Shown piece after piece: positions 1-11,859 of a stretch of 64,000 nt of DNA. The notes under the pieces are model-generated. The model was not told the origin of the DNA. It ran no database searches and worked only from the letters and a program-made list of their open reading frames with translations. How positions within the stretch are numbered: the stretch's first letter is position 1; each line of letters opens with the position of its first letter. A program made the translations under genes and the position numbers. This stretch comes from Menidia menidia (lineage: Eukaryota): the NCBI GenBank assembly GCA_048628825.1, contig CM109626.1, forward strand, positions 17,021,077 to 17,085,076, read 5' to 3'.

Positions 1-3000
1 AGTAAAACTGCTGTTTCTTTGAAAAATGGAGAGGGTGAAATATGTCCAACCACTTTTTAATAACCCTAAAATGATGTCATTATGTGTGTTTTTTACTGAT
101 TTTCTAAACAAATGAACATGTTCCACATTTTTGTCGTGATGCAGGGTTTTCTTTTGTTTGGAAAAGAAGAAGCAGAACTCTGAATGCACCTGTTTGGGTT
201 CTGCATTCTTCTCCTGATCGTTTTTCTCAGCAGGTTGTTCCCTCTCTGAGCTGGTTTCTTCTGCACTGGGATCTGGACTCGGGTCTCTACTGGCCTTGAA
301 AAAATAAAAATATAAAGTCACCAAAGCAGCCGATTCCGTGATTTCTACCAGCCAACGAGAAAGAAAGATGAGTGTTTCCCACCCAGAGGCAGAGCCTCCG
401 TTCCTTGGTATGGGAACCAATTACACTTACCCGTTTACTATAAGGCTGTACATTTTTAAACCAAAATCCTGTGTGAAGCAGGAAAAAGCATCTCAAATGC
501 AGGACAGCAGCCCATGAGGGCCAGAGCTTGAGGTCCCAGATTGAAAGAAATTCTACTTTTGCTCGAGTCAAATTATTGAGAAAAAGAAAAATAGGTGTTA
601 GGAGATTTTAAGGATGCTTGAAGTTTCTTTTTAAAAGGAAAAAAAAACATTTCAGTTGTTTCTTCCTAAATTAGACTTCAATGGATCAACACTCAGTAAT
701 CCTCTCTTTTACATTATGTGTATAAATAAATCTTCCCTGATCTTGAACCAGGATCGTGGTGGTTTATTCAGTTACTATGAGAATAAAGTTTTTAACTACA
801 TCACACAAGAGCCAGCTTTGTCCCAATATCTGACATAAGATCGATGACAGCTGAACAACTCAACTATCTCACTGAGCTGTGATTTAAACTCAAATGGGAC
901 TTGTGATGGCTTTTTGCGATCAGGAGTTATGAGCAGGAGCAGTGACCTCCACCATCCCCATGAAGCCGTCAGTCTTTTGAGCAGAAACACCAAACCCAGA
1001 CGCTGCTTCATACCTTTGGTGACGACTTAAACTGCAACCCTTTCATTAATCCTGTCAGACCGCCCTGCCAACCAGTCACATGTCAGAAACCAGAGGACAA
1101 CGGTGGAAAAACACACATGAGCGCACACACTCACACAGACATACCGGTTTGTTGCTTGGAGCTTGTTTGGCTGCAGCGTCATCAGTTTTCTCCTCAACAT
1201 CAGAAGTGGGGATCATGTAGCTCTGGAAGAATGAAGACAGAGGCCAGAAAAACAGGTTGTGAAACACTGTACGTACATGAAGCTGCACACAGCTGAAGTG
1301 AGTCACTAACAGCGGCTGTTGCACACCGCATGTGTGAATGCACAGTTATGTTACATGGCACTGCACACCCACTCATACACCTGTTCAAAGCCAAAAACCT
1401 GTTCTGATTTTGAACTGTGCGATCACACAGAGCAGAAATCCTGAATGCAGAGTGTGAAAGGGCTGTTCAGGGCAGTGAGGCCAGCTCCTCAGTGAGGAAG
1501 TCATCAACTGGCTTTCTAAAAAGGTTTTTGATTACACTGTCACCTAATTGACAAAACAGGGCGTGTGCATAAAGCTGGAATAGATGTTGTAGGACAGAAA
1601 AATTACATCCTGCGAGAGATGAGATATAAAAAGAAAAAGAAAAAACTCAGTATATTTAAAAATTAGCTTTTTACAGCAGTCATGTCGACAGCAGATCTAC
1701 AGCATTCCTTAGATTCTTCAACACTATTGAATACCAACATTGTACCATTGTCAGATTTGTGCAGAAGTTCAACTTTTTTAAGAGATCAATTCAAACTCAA
1801 TCCGGTGTGTAAAAGCAGGGGGGGACATCGGTCCTCAAATATACAGTGTGACTAAAACACTGATGAACCTTATGTTTGGAAAGCTGCCTGCTGTTTCCCC
1901 GTCACAGATTCAGTGTCACGCAGACGTGAAAGCGTGGGAGGTTTAGGCGCTCTGCTTACTGTAAAGGTTGGCATCTTCTCTTTTGGGTTTCGCCGGAAGA
2001 TTCCAGTGAGGACGGAGGGATTATTCTACAGTAAAGCACATGGAAAGGCGGGGTAAGGCATCACATGTTCAGGAATCAGCTCAGAGCCTCCTGTTTACAG
2101 TAGCAGCTTTAAAATACCTGTTTAAAATCTGTTTCATCTACAGCAGCTTCACTGGAGCTCTGAGAGGGAAGGGGAAGTTATTTAATCAGCAGCTTAGGAT
2201 CACAGGTGAGGTGTGGGTGGACCTTCTCTGCGTTACCTTTGTGGGATCAGATGGGACCCTCCTGTGCTGGCTCTGTCTGGTTGTGGCATTTAGTTCCTGT
2301 ATGAACATTTGATGCAAATAAGAAAAGATCAATGGAACCGGGAGACATGAAACCTGGAGGAGCTCTAGGAGGCTACTGAGTCATGCCCAATTTTTAAGCC
2401 TGTATACTAAACTGTGCTGTACCTTTTGTGCGCGTCTGGGTGGAACGACAGGAGTTTCAGACTGTTTCGCTTCGGTTTCTCCATTTTTCTGAGGACATCA
2501 AGACAATAGCCGCTCTGATTTTACTGTTAAGTAAAGTGTGTCAAACCTATATAATTACAATGAAAAACCACTCAAACACATCCAGGATTGCACAATCAGC
2601 CAGAGCTTAATGGAGCGAATACCTGGTCGCTTGAGGCGGCTGCTCTTTTCAGTCTGTGCTGGGTGTGACTCAGTTCCTGCACAGAAGACACAACTCTGCT
2701 CTGAGTCCAGTCAAATGCTGAAGTATTTGTAAGAAAGTCCATTTTCATCACATTAGATTAGAGAAAGCTGAATGAAACATGTTCAAAATATTTAAAAAAA
2801 AGATGCCATGCAGATTTTGATGAATCAGACTGGAAAGCACTGACTTATTTTTACTGGGTTAAAGAATAACTGATTTATCTCATGTTATGAAAAAACATTG
2901 AGATAACATTAAGGTAATAGAGGGCTGCCGACTTGTGACCTGGAGACGGACAAATGTTTGGGGAGGACTTACAGCATCGGTGGGCCGACGAGGCACCACA

Positions 3001-3835
3001 GGAACGGGGCTCTCAGCTCTCTCTGGCTCATTTGCTTTTGCCTGAAAACAGAGTTTAAACCTTCTGTAAGGGTCAGGACAAACACTTGAGAGAGCAAATA
3101 CATTTGTCTGTTTTTAAGAAAAGGTCTGAGTTTATTGCACTACCTCAGAAGGCTTTGGAGGAGGTTTAGGCTGAAAACACAAAGGATAAAACAGCATTAG
3201 TACCAGTTTTAAATCACTTTGCCTTAGAACTTTCAATTATTCCTACAAAATTAGCATTTATTCAAGGTGAAAAAAACAAACATAAAACAATTGGTTGTTG
3301 ACAGGAACCCCTTTACACATACTGGGAATGCAGAACACAGCAGATAGAGATGGATATCAGCTTTCCATCAGCAACCAGAACCAGTCTGTTAAGCTGAGTC
3401 AGTTCAGATTCGGTCAAACATACAGAGCGTCGTTTGTCATGTCCCACGTTTGTGTTACGGTGAGTCATCGGCCCGTTAACTGAGGCAAAGCTTCTGTTAA
3501 TCCGGTGGCTTTGACATCCATTCAGCACATTTTATGTTGTCAAACCAGGAGGCGTGAACCATGTGCTTGTATGAGCACAGAGACACAAACAGCTGCAGGT
3601 GATGAGACTCATCATATAGCTGTACACCAGCTTTTTACTCATCTTTTTAGAACGAAACAGTGTTCTTACATCAGAGCCTTAACTTTTCATCAATTAAATC
3701 CTGCACACCTGTTTGTTTTTTTTCATCGTGTTCCATGTTTTTATTGTTTTTTTGTGAAAGTTATATTCTCACCGGTTTTGGCTTCCTTTTGACCTCTGGC
3801 TTCATCATACAGGCCTCCATCACTCCTGCAGGAGA
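1..3835 (-). CDS. 3' part of an unidentified proline- and lysine-rich multi-exon gene (partial, runs off window start). Candidate exons: 1-290 (open to the window edge), ~1144-1222, ~2975-3050, ~3140-3175, ~3785-3835
   Basis: Minus-strand exons have ag acceptors and gtaagt/gtatgt/gtgaga donors. They encode SYMIPTSDVEEKTDDAAAKQAPSNKP, AKANEPERAESPVPVVPRRPTDA, PKPPPKPSE and VMEACMMKPEVKRKPKP. The open frame from 290 down to base 1 encodes ASRDPSPDPSAEETSSEREQPAEKNDQEKNAEPKQVHSEF... I could not assign a family. Confidence 0.3.
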
Positions 3836-4564
3836 GATACACAATTACCTAAAGATGAAAAGAAACAGTTTTAGGTTCATAATTGAAGCAATGGAACCTG
3901 CAACCTTTAATTTCTCTTTAAGTGACCAAAAAACAAAAATGTTGACAATTTGATATTTTCCCCCCCTCTGCTCCACATTGTCCAACGTTTTCTTGGTCAC
4001 TTGTTTCTTCAGTTTTGAGCCGTTTGGCTTTGTTTTTCTTCTTTTCCTTAACCAAAATGTACTGTCAAAGTCAAATTTTGTGTTTTGTTCGCTGGATGGT
4101 CTGTTCATAGTTATAGTTTCTACATGAAACGATCTTCGCTTTCAGGTGGACCACAGTTAGGAGGAGCTTTCAAACTATCCGGTCCATTTAAAGCTGCCTA
4201 CGCAGCTCTGATGTGGAAAATTGCAGCTTGGTTCACTTGCAGGTGAGCGCTGGTGCCGTTTGGTTCAGACCAGACCTCCTTTGATGAGTGCTGCCTCAAC
4301 ATTTGGGAAAGTGCATCTGTTCGGTGGTCATCCAGCGAACCAGGGATGTGGTGATGAGCAATAACTCGGGGTAACCATAGCAACACGTTGCATTTTCTCG
4401 TACTGTGCTGCATTTGTCTCTTGGACAGTGACACATCTGTAAAGCTCAGTGATATCCCTAATGGGCAACTTTCTCCAAAAAAAGTAATCGACTTGGAGCT
4501 CCACTCTTTGCTTTGGCTGTAAACACGTCTGCAGATGGGAATGGCCAATCATTGAGCTGGATTT

Positions 4565-5113
4565 TTACCTTCCTAAGGCTTTTTCCCCTTCCTCTTTTTG
4601 GGGCAGTGCTGCCACGAACAAGCGACTGGAGCTGTGCAACGTTGTCTGGGTGGTTTGAACCACATTGTGAAAGGAAACGGGAAGCAAAGGTGCCAAATAA
4701 GGTTTTCGCACCTTATTGATCTTGTGAATTTTTGCCACCAAGTGAGCAAAGTTGTTATGAGTAAATGCCAAAAATATAAGACAATAATATGATTTTGTGG
4801 CCAAAAATTTTTGGCAATGATTTGAATCTGGTTTAAAGAAATGATTCATGATGAAGTAGCTGAGGTACTTCCCCTTTTCATTGTCCCAAAAAGGAGAAAC
4901 CCTCGAGAGTATATAGTAATATAAACTATCAGGAAGCTTTTTGTCTCTTAAAATGAGCCACAGCTTTGTGTCTACGTCAGATACGTTCAGCAGAGGAGTC
5001 GACCTACTCCTCAATTGAAATGAGCCATCCTGAATAGGAATGGCCGCCATTTTTTCAGGTATAAACACAGAGGTGGGGGTCAAGTTATGACACGAATTCA
5101 GTCCCTGAATCAA
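4565..5113 (-). other. 182-aa minus-strand ORF of unknown origin, possibly a decayed transposon-derived ORF or pseudogene; there is an adjacent 116-aa minus ORF at 4198-4548
   Basis: It is a long ORF in an otherwise AT-rich intergenic stretch. It has no splice-consistent partners and no recognisable domain. Confidence 0.15.
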
Positions 5114-5144
5114 TTCATCCGGGTAAACATTGACAAAAGCTGTG

Positions 5145-5166
5145 TTTGTTTGTTTGTTTGTTTGTT
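5145..5166. repeat. (TTTG)n microsatellite
   Basis: tgtttgtttgtttgtttgtttg read directly. Confidence 0.8.
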
Positions 5167-8100
5167 TTCCTTTGACTGAGAAGTCACAACATTAACATAC
5201 TCATCTTACACTAACCTTACTTCGAGGGACATTAAAGCAGGTTAAAAAAAACAATTTACTACATTTACGTTCACTGAATTTATAATGTTTATGTGTAAAA
5301 AGTGATATTCTGCCGTTTATCGTTCCCCATAAGATATACGCTTAAAAATACAATGCCAACCGAGTCTACAATGCTATAATTGGAAATAATAGTTTTTGGG
5401 TCATTTTTACAGTTAGAATTCTCCGAGCTTTACGCTAAATTATATGTTAAAAAAAAAAAACAAATAAAAAAATAAAGCAGCTAGCAGGCGAACATCTAAA
5501 AACACTAAACCCACGCCCGTGTTGAATGTGAACTGATGTTAATCTGTTAATTTTAGCATCCAAACGACAAAAATCACCCGTCGTTGGTGTCGGACGGAGA
5601 CGTTTCACCTACCGGAGTTTTGCAGACGCCGGGCGGACAGCTCTCATCCAACTTTCAGCCTAACAGGAAACCCGCGGCCCGTTCACGGTCAGGAGATTCC
5701 CAGGAGTTTTTAAACTTCACCACACCCGTACCACAACGTCTGCACTCATGAGGCGTTCAGGACGCCGCTAAAGATCGGACATTCCAACTTCACTTTCAGC
5801 GCAGTAACAATATCCAATGCACATTTGATACGTTTTTTTTGCAGTGTAAAATCAAAGCAATATGATTCATGATATTTGTGAACGTGTACTTTTTCTATTT
5901 GGTGTTATCACTGAATCGTTACCTAATTTCAAATGTTTAAAATTGATATAGAAATGGGATATTCATCCTCAAATAAAAACAGATGTATTACCATTTGCAG
6001 CAATATAGTATTTATTCATTTATTTTATAAGGACTTGGCACAAAATAAAATATGCCAAGCTTATGTTTTGATATTCAAATTATTATTATTTAAATATTCC
6101 TTGAGGAATGATACATCTTTTAAGCAATTTTTTTATAAACATATTACTGAGTGGGATCATAAAGACGTGTGAGCCTGTTTTTTATCAGGAAAAGTAAAAA
6201 AAAATTCAATATACTTAGTTTCTTTGTTTACCACTCAAATGAAATGCAAACACTTTTGTGGTCAGAGCAATTTGCAATACTATTGTTACTTACATTTGAC
6301 CTTAAAACCCCAAAAAGAGGAATGGGTCTTGATATAAACAAATGTAAAAAAAGAAATAACCATGTTTTGTGCGGAAAATAAAGATGACATCACACATGCA
6401 CTCCACCTGTGTCAACCTCTTGGGTAAACGACCCGTCCACGTCAGCTTCCCACGTTACTCGGATTGTTTACCTCCATCCTATTATTTCCGACACCACCCA
6501 AAGCTCACATCACTTCACCAGTTGAACAAAGCATCCTAAACAAATCCAAACACGCCCTGAAAGCTTCCGAGCTGCAAACTGGTCTTCATAAAACTACCTG
6601 TTGCGTCAGGAAATGACCTCAGGGGCGTTTAACTGGTCAGACAATGGCTCCAGTTTCAGATGGAAAAGATAGAAGGTCTGAAAGCTAACTCACCTGGGAG
6701 GGAAGGGCGGTGCCACCCAGAAGGTTTTCTGTGTCTGCAGGTGACTGATGCCACATCAGAATCACGAGTGTCACAAGAGTCAGACGATTAACATCCAAGG
6801 AAGCCCAAAATATGATGAGGGCGGCTAGAAAAACAGTAGATAGATTGACCAAGAAAGACGGAGTGGAAAATCCCCGTCTGCAGGTGTGTGCTGAACATGA
6901 GAGAGGACACCCAGGAGATCATGTGTAGATGTATAAATAAGTTAAAAAACATTGGGGTTTTTTCCCAATTGAATTAAAAGGTTAATTACAGATGACACAA
7001 GATAATAATTCCAACATGAATTTGACAGTGTTTTTTATTGTTGTACGCATCCAAGCAATTTCTTTAATTTTATCCCAAAATTTGACAGCTGAAATGGCAA
7101 ATGTTGAAAATGATTCCTCATTTCCCCCCCCCTACAACAATTAATGCTACCATAAAAACAAAATAAGAGTATCTAATAGTCTCCAGCAGGTTTGTCTTGG
7201 GTGTGAAATTCATCATTAAAGCTCCCAAAATTGTGATGTGTAAAGTGAGCCTCACCTGCATCTTGGGGCTCATGTGGACCTTACCTCACTAACCTAGTCA
7301 GAAAAACAGCTAAAGAAGGGGGGGGAAAAAAGCCTCTGACCTCTGAACTCTTTATCTGAGCGTCCGTGGGAAGCAAGCTCAGTGCATAAAGAGCCTCCCC
7401 ACCACCCACAGGGCTATAAAAGATGCCTTACTGCCCCAGGACTCCTTCAGATGTTCCCATGCCACACCCTGACCGGTCCGAGCTCAGTGTGAGGGCAGGT
7501 ACTCATAATATTTTGGCTGGCGAGTGGACCAAAGCCTCAGGAATCCTAACGGCGGAAACATCAATCCAGATGGTCCTTTACCTGGTGTCCTTCACAAAAC
7601 GCACAGACGAAGATGACAAAATGGGGCTTCATTTAACATTTATTTACACGTTTAAATTGCACATAAAAAGTTTCCCTGACTGATCAAATCCAGCCAGAAG
7701 AGGAAAAACAAAACAATAAATAGGAGTTAGCTTCAATCAGAGCCCAGAACAGCTGACCCAATCGGAGCACAGCAGCCTAACGGTCTGATGAAGCAAAAGA
7801 GATGTAACACAGACAATAAATGTCCAGAAGTGTATTTGATCAGCATCTGAGACAGCCTGAGGCCCCCAGGTTTCCTTCACCTGATGACCCCAGGGTGCCA
7901 TTACAGACTCAGACAGTCGCGTTTAGTTTTCGGTCAAATAAAAATAGAATTTTAAAAAAGACAGACACACAAAAATAGGGTTAAAAACAGGACCGATGAC
8001 CAAATGCTGTCAGTTCAGCGCACCAATGCTAGCAGCACATTTAATCAGCGTATAATCAAACGAAAAAACACATTATCTTCATCAAAGGATTGGCGGATCT

Positions 8101-8706
8101 GGTTAGTTTGTGCATAATGTATTGCCTTTGGCCCAATAGCTGTTTTAAACATTATTCAGGACATTTGTTGAGTATAAACAGCTCTTAGTTTACAATGAGT
8201 GTGAGACCAGAATCAAACTTAATAAAAAAGCTTTGTCCACAGACTGGTGGAGTACTTGTCCCACTTTGGCCTTTTGAGGGGCTCTTTTTGTACGATCTGA
8301 GTTCATTCAGATCATCTGAGGCCGTCTCGCTTGATCTGAACAAGCAACCTGAAAAGCAGCTCAGCAGCACGCTGCCCCTTTCAGGACGCCCTGTTCTTCA
8401 GTTAGTCAGAAAATATTTACTGCATCATCTCATTTTACCATATTGGTCCGTCTAACTCTAACGAAGCCTCTGTTACCCATTTACTGAAAACATCTCCACA
8501 AGAGAAGTAGTTAAAATAAAACAGCTCTGTTTACACCACAAATCTCAGTTCCAGTTATTGTGGCGCACATGGGCTGAAGTCGGTTCCCTGACAGACAGCT
8601 GGCAGAGGCCGACTTCTGCCCGGTGGGGACTGGAAATGCCCCGGACAGTTTTAGTTTTAATAAAACCCCAAGAGAAGCCGTCTGGCCTTGAGAAGCTAGT
8701 TGGGGC

Positions 8707-10533
8707 TCACACGTATTCTCTGCTCTCCATGTCTTTCTTGATGGCTTTTTTAATGCGGTCGATTTCGTCTTCGTCTGAACTGTCGTACTTGTCGTATTTC
8801 TCTTTGGTGCTTTCGTCGCCGGCCGTTTTTTCGTCGCCGGCCGTGTTTTCGCCGGCGTGCTCGGGCGTGGTGGACTGCAGCTCCTCCCGGATGCCGTTCA
8901 GCTCCACCAGGCCGTCGTGCAGCTGCGTGGCCACCTCCCGGATTTTGGCGGCGAACTCCGACTTTGCCCCCTTCTTGAGCTCTTTGGAGTCTTTGGCCAC
9001 AAAGTAGATGTCCATGCCCACGAAGAGGCCGGTTAGCACGCCGGTGGCCATGCTGGCGATCTGGACGGCGCGCGCCGCCGTGCTGCCCGCCACGTTGGCG
9101 ATCTGCACCACGCGCATGATCTCGTTGGCGTTGATGAGGATGGCCTTCCCGGCCATGGCGCCGTCCTCGTAGAAGCTGCTGGTGAGGGCGGGGAAGTCGC
9201 GATTGTAGGCGTGCTTTTTCATCTTGATGAGGTCGAACCGGCGCAGGTTCTCGATCCCCTGCTTGATGAACTTCAGGCCCTTGTTCAGGTCCACCATCTT
9301 CTCCTGGTAGTCCTCCACGATCTTCTCCACCTTCTTGCGGTCCATGGAGTTGTTGACCTGGTTGGAGATGCCGGCGCCGGCCGACGTCAGGCCCCCGGCG
9401 GTGGCCACGCCCAGGCCCACCGCCGTCACGATCAGAGAGGTTCCCATGGTGACGGGGGCCAGGGCCAGGCCGGCGATGGTGGCCACGCCCCCGATGGCGC
9501 TGGTGGAGCCGCCGGTGATCTGAGCGATCTTGGTCTTTTTGTTGAACTTGTCCAGGGCGTCGGCGATGCCGTTGAGGTCGATGACGTGCTGCCACAGGCT
9601 CTCCGCCCGCTCCGAGAACAGCTTGTTGAAGACGCGGATGCCCTTCTGCACTTTCTCTGCCGTCACCGCGAAGGCCCTGAAACGAGGGAGGACAGATCAG
9701 ACCTGTTTCACCAGAGGGTAGCAGAAAAGTTCTGCAAATCTAAACAAATATGAATCTCTAGAGGTGCAACAAATGTAGCAATATTTCTACATTTATGTTC
9801 ACTTACTTGGCTTCTTCTTTTTCTGTCATGTCGTCAACTTGAGGCGTGTCCTCCCATCCTGCCAAGGTAAATATTGAATAATATTTGAATTATTGTTCAT
9901 CTGTAAGAGGGCCAAAGCATGTGGACGTGAGATCAAGAGGCCCATGTTGAGACTTGGGCACCTGGCTAGTTCACAGACTGCCAACAGTGAGGCCAACCTC
10001 TGACCTGCAGCCCAAAGAGGTGCCAGAGTCCGATTAGAACGGCCAACACAATAATGTAAGAAAATCGTTTAAAATGTTGTTTTTAAACAGTATATTATGG
10101 AAATTACCTTTTTAAAACGGTTCTCTATTGTCTAAAACTGTCTGCAGGATGATTTCCACTCATGACTTAAGCATCCACACACTGGGATACCAACAATGGT
10201 TGGTACCAACACACTTTAGCTCATACAGATTAGTGTACACAGGTGAAAACGACTGGAAGGCCTCTTGCCTCTGAACATAGAGGGAAAAAAAGGCTAAACA
10301 AACCTTCCACCGTGTTCCACCAGTCCATGAGATCCTCCACATCCTGAGAAAGAAAAGAAGTTGGATTTGATGGAGGTTTTCATGGTTGCTATCCACAGAA
10401 ATAAAGCCGGATTCTGTTTTAAGGCAAGTTGGCATACTTTGTTTCAGAGACTGACCTGGCTGTTTTCAGGCTGTGAGGGTTCAACACGGAAGTCCTCCAG
10501 TTGGTCAAAGAGAGACCTGCTGGCACCTTCACT
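8707..10533 (-). CDS. Apolipoprotein L (ApoL) family gene. Exons (minus strand): 10456-10533, 10304-10343, 9807-9858, and 8707-9676 (terminal exon with stop at 8707-8709). The 5' end is not found.
   Basis: The 319-aa terminal ORF contains the ApoL hallmark region ...AQITGGSTSAIGGVATIAGLALAPVTMGTSLIVTAVGLGVATAGGLTSAG... The flanking helices (KVQKGIRVFNKLF..., DRKKVEKIVEDYQEKMVDLNKGLKFIKQGIENLRRFD) parallel human APOL1. Upstream, the acceptor tttcag sits at 9677-9682. Exon 9807-9858 has a gtaagt donor, and exons 10304-10343 and 10456-10533 join in frame. Together they give ...SEGASRSLFDQLEDFRVEPSQPENSQ|DVEDLMDWWNTVE|GWEDTPQVDDMTEKEEAK|AFAVTAEKVQKG... Confidence 0.8.
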
Positions 10534-11859
10534 CTAAGAAACAGTGTAAAAAAACAAGTCAGACAAAGGGAAACGCATCGAGTGCGAGAATCTAAATAAA
10601 GATAACGAGGTGATTTTGTTTCCTCAGTTTCACTTTTTATAAAGTTTCTGTAACATAAAAAAAGGAGGAAGTGTAAAAGGGATTAGTTTTTTCAGAAGCA
10701 AAAAAAAGAAGAAAGGAAAACACAATGAGGCAGAAAAACAAGTCTGGGCACATGTGTGACATGTGTGACACAAGTTATCTGCCATGGTTAGGGCGAGTAC
10801 CAGCACAGATCACTGTGAGTGGGCGGGTTTCAGGACAAAAACAGAGCAAAACAGAAAATCACACAACAAAAGCTTCTGTCTGGAGCTGAGGGGCCTTCAG
10901 GGTGTGACCTGAGATAGACCACAATGAGAGCGGTTTCAACAGTCTGGTGGAGGAAAAACCCCGACAGGCCAGGAGAGGAGAGATTAAGATGGGCTTTTGC
11001 GGTGCGTTTAATTTCCCCACCTCTGCTGTGTTGCCTTCAGGGCCGCCTTCAGCATCGCCTGGTGTGCGCTTTTGAACGACTTTAGCCTGAAAGCAGGGAC
11101 GACAAAAACACACAAAGTTAAACACAGCTAGCTTTACTACTGCGGTAAATAACAGGAGAGGGGTTATGTATCCCATTGGAAAGACGAAAGACAAATAGTG
11201 GACAGACCAGCCCGAGGCTGCCCTACAACAGCAGACAAAGAAACAAGACAATATGAGGGATTTTAAAGGAACATTAGACAGAGGCTTCTTTGGGAGTTAC
11301 TTGTCAGTACACTTCAGAAAATTCATAAACATCTCCCACGCCACGGAGGAACATTCCCAAAGTAATAATGGGTGTCTATAAAAAAAAAAAAAAGTTAATC
11401 TTGTTATTTCCTCTAAAGACAGATAAAAGGAGCCAAAACCAGTTTTACTGCATCAGATCGAATAACCTGTCTGTTTGTCTTCCCTAACTTTTTTTCTTTG
11501 GGCATGACTTTGCTTCTAGATTATTTTCCCCCCTTGCTTTGGCTTAAGGTACTTTTTGGACAAACCCCCGCTTTCTTATTATGAACAACCTAAAGCTCAA
11601 TTGCCTTGTATCAGTCAGAGGAAGAAGAACATTCAGGTTTTACCAAAGGACACCGAAAAAACTAAAATTCATGTCTGCTCATTTACATGTAGACATTTGG
11701 TTCACAACGAAGCACAACTGCATGTGTCTGCTTATTTTTATATTTCTGTGGGAGCGGTTGAGTTATTCTCAGAGGGATTATACAAATTGTCTCCTCAAAT
11801 TCCCATCTGAGCAAAAACACACAGGACACGAACATGTTTCCACCTGCCACATTCCTTAA

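Noticed and set aside
8750-9753. 281-aa Arg/Gly-rich minus ORF and 180-aa plus ORF overlapping the ApoL terminal exon
   Set aside because: They are alternative-frame or antisense readings of a GC-rich coding exon. The ApoL frame has clear family homology.
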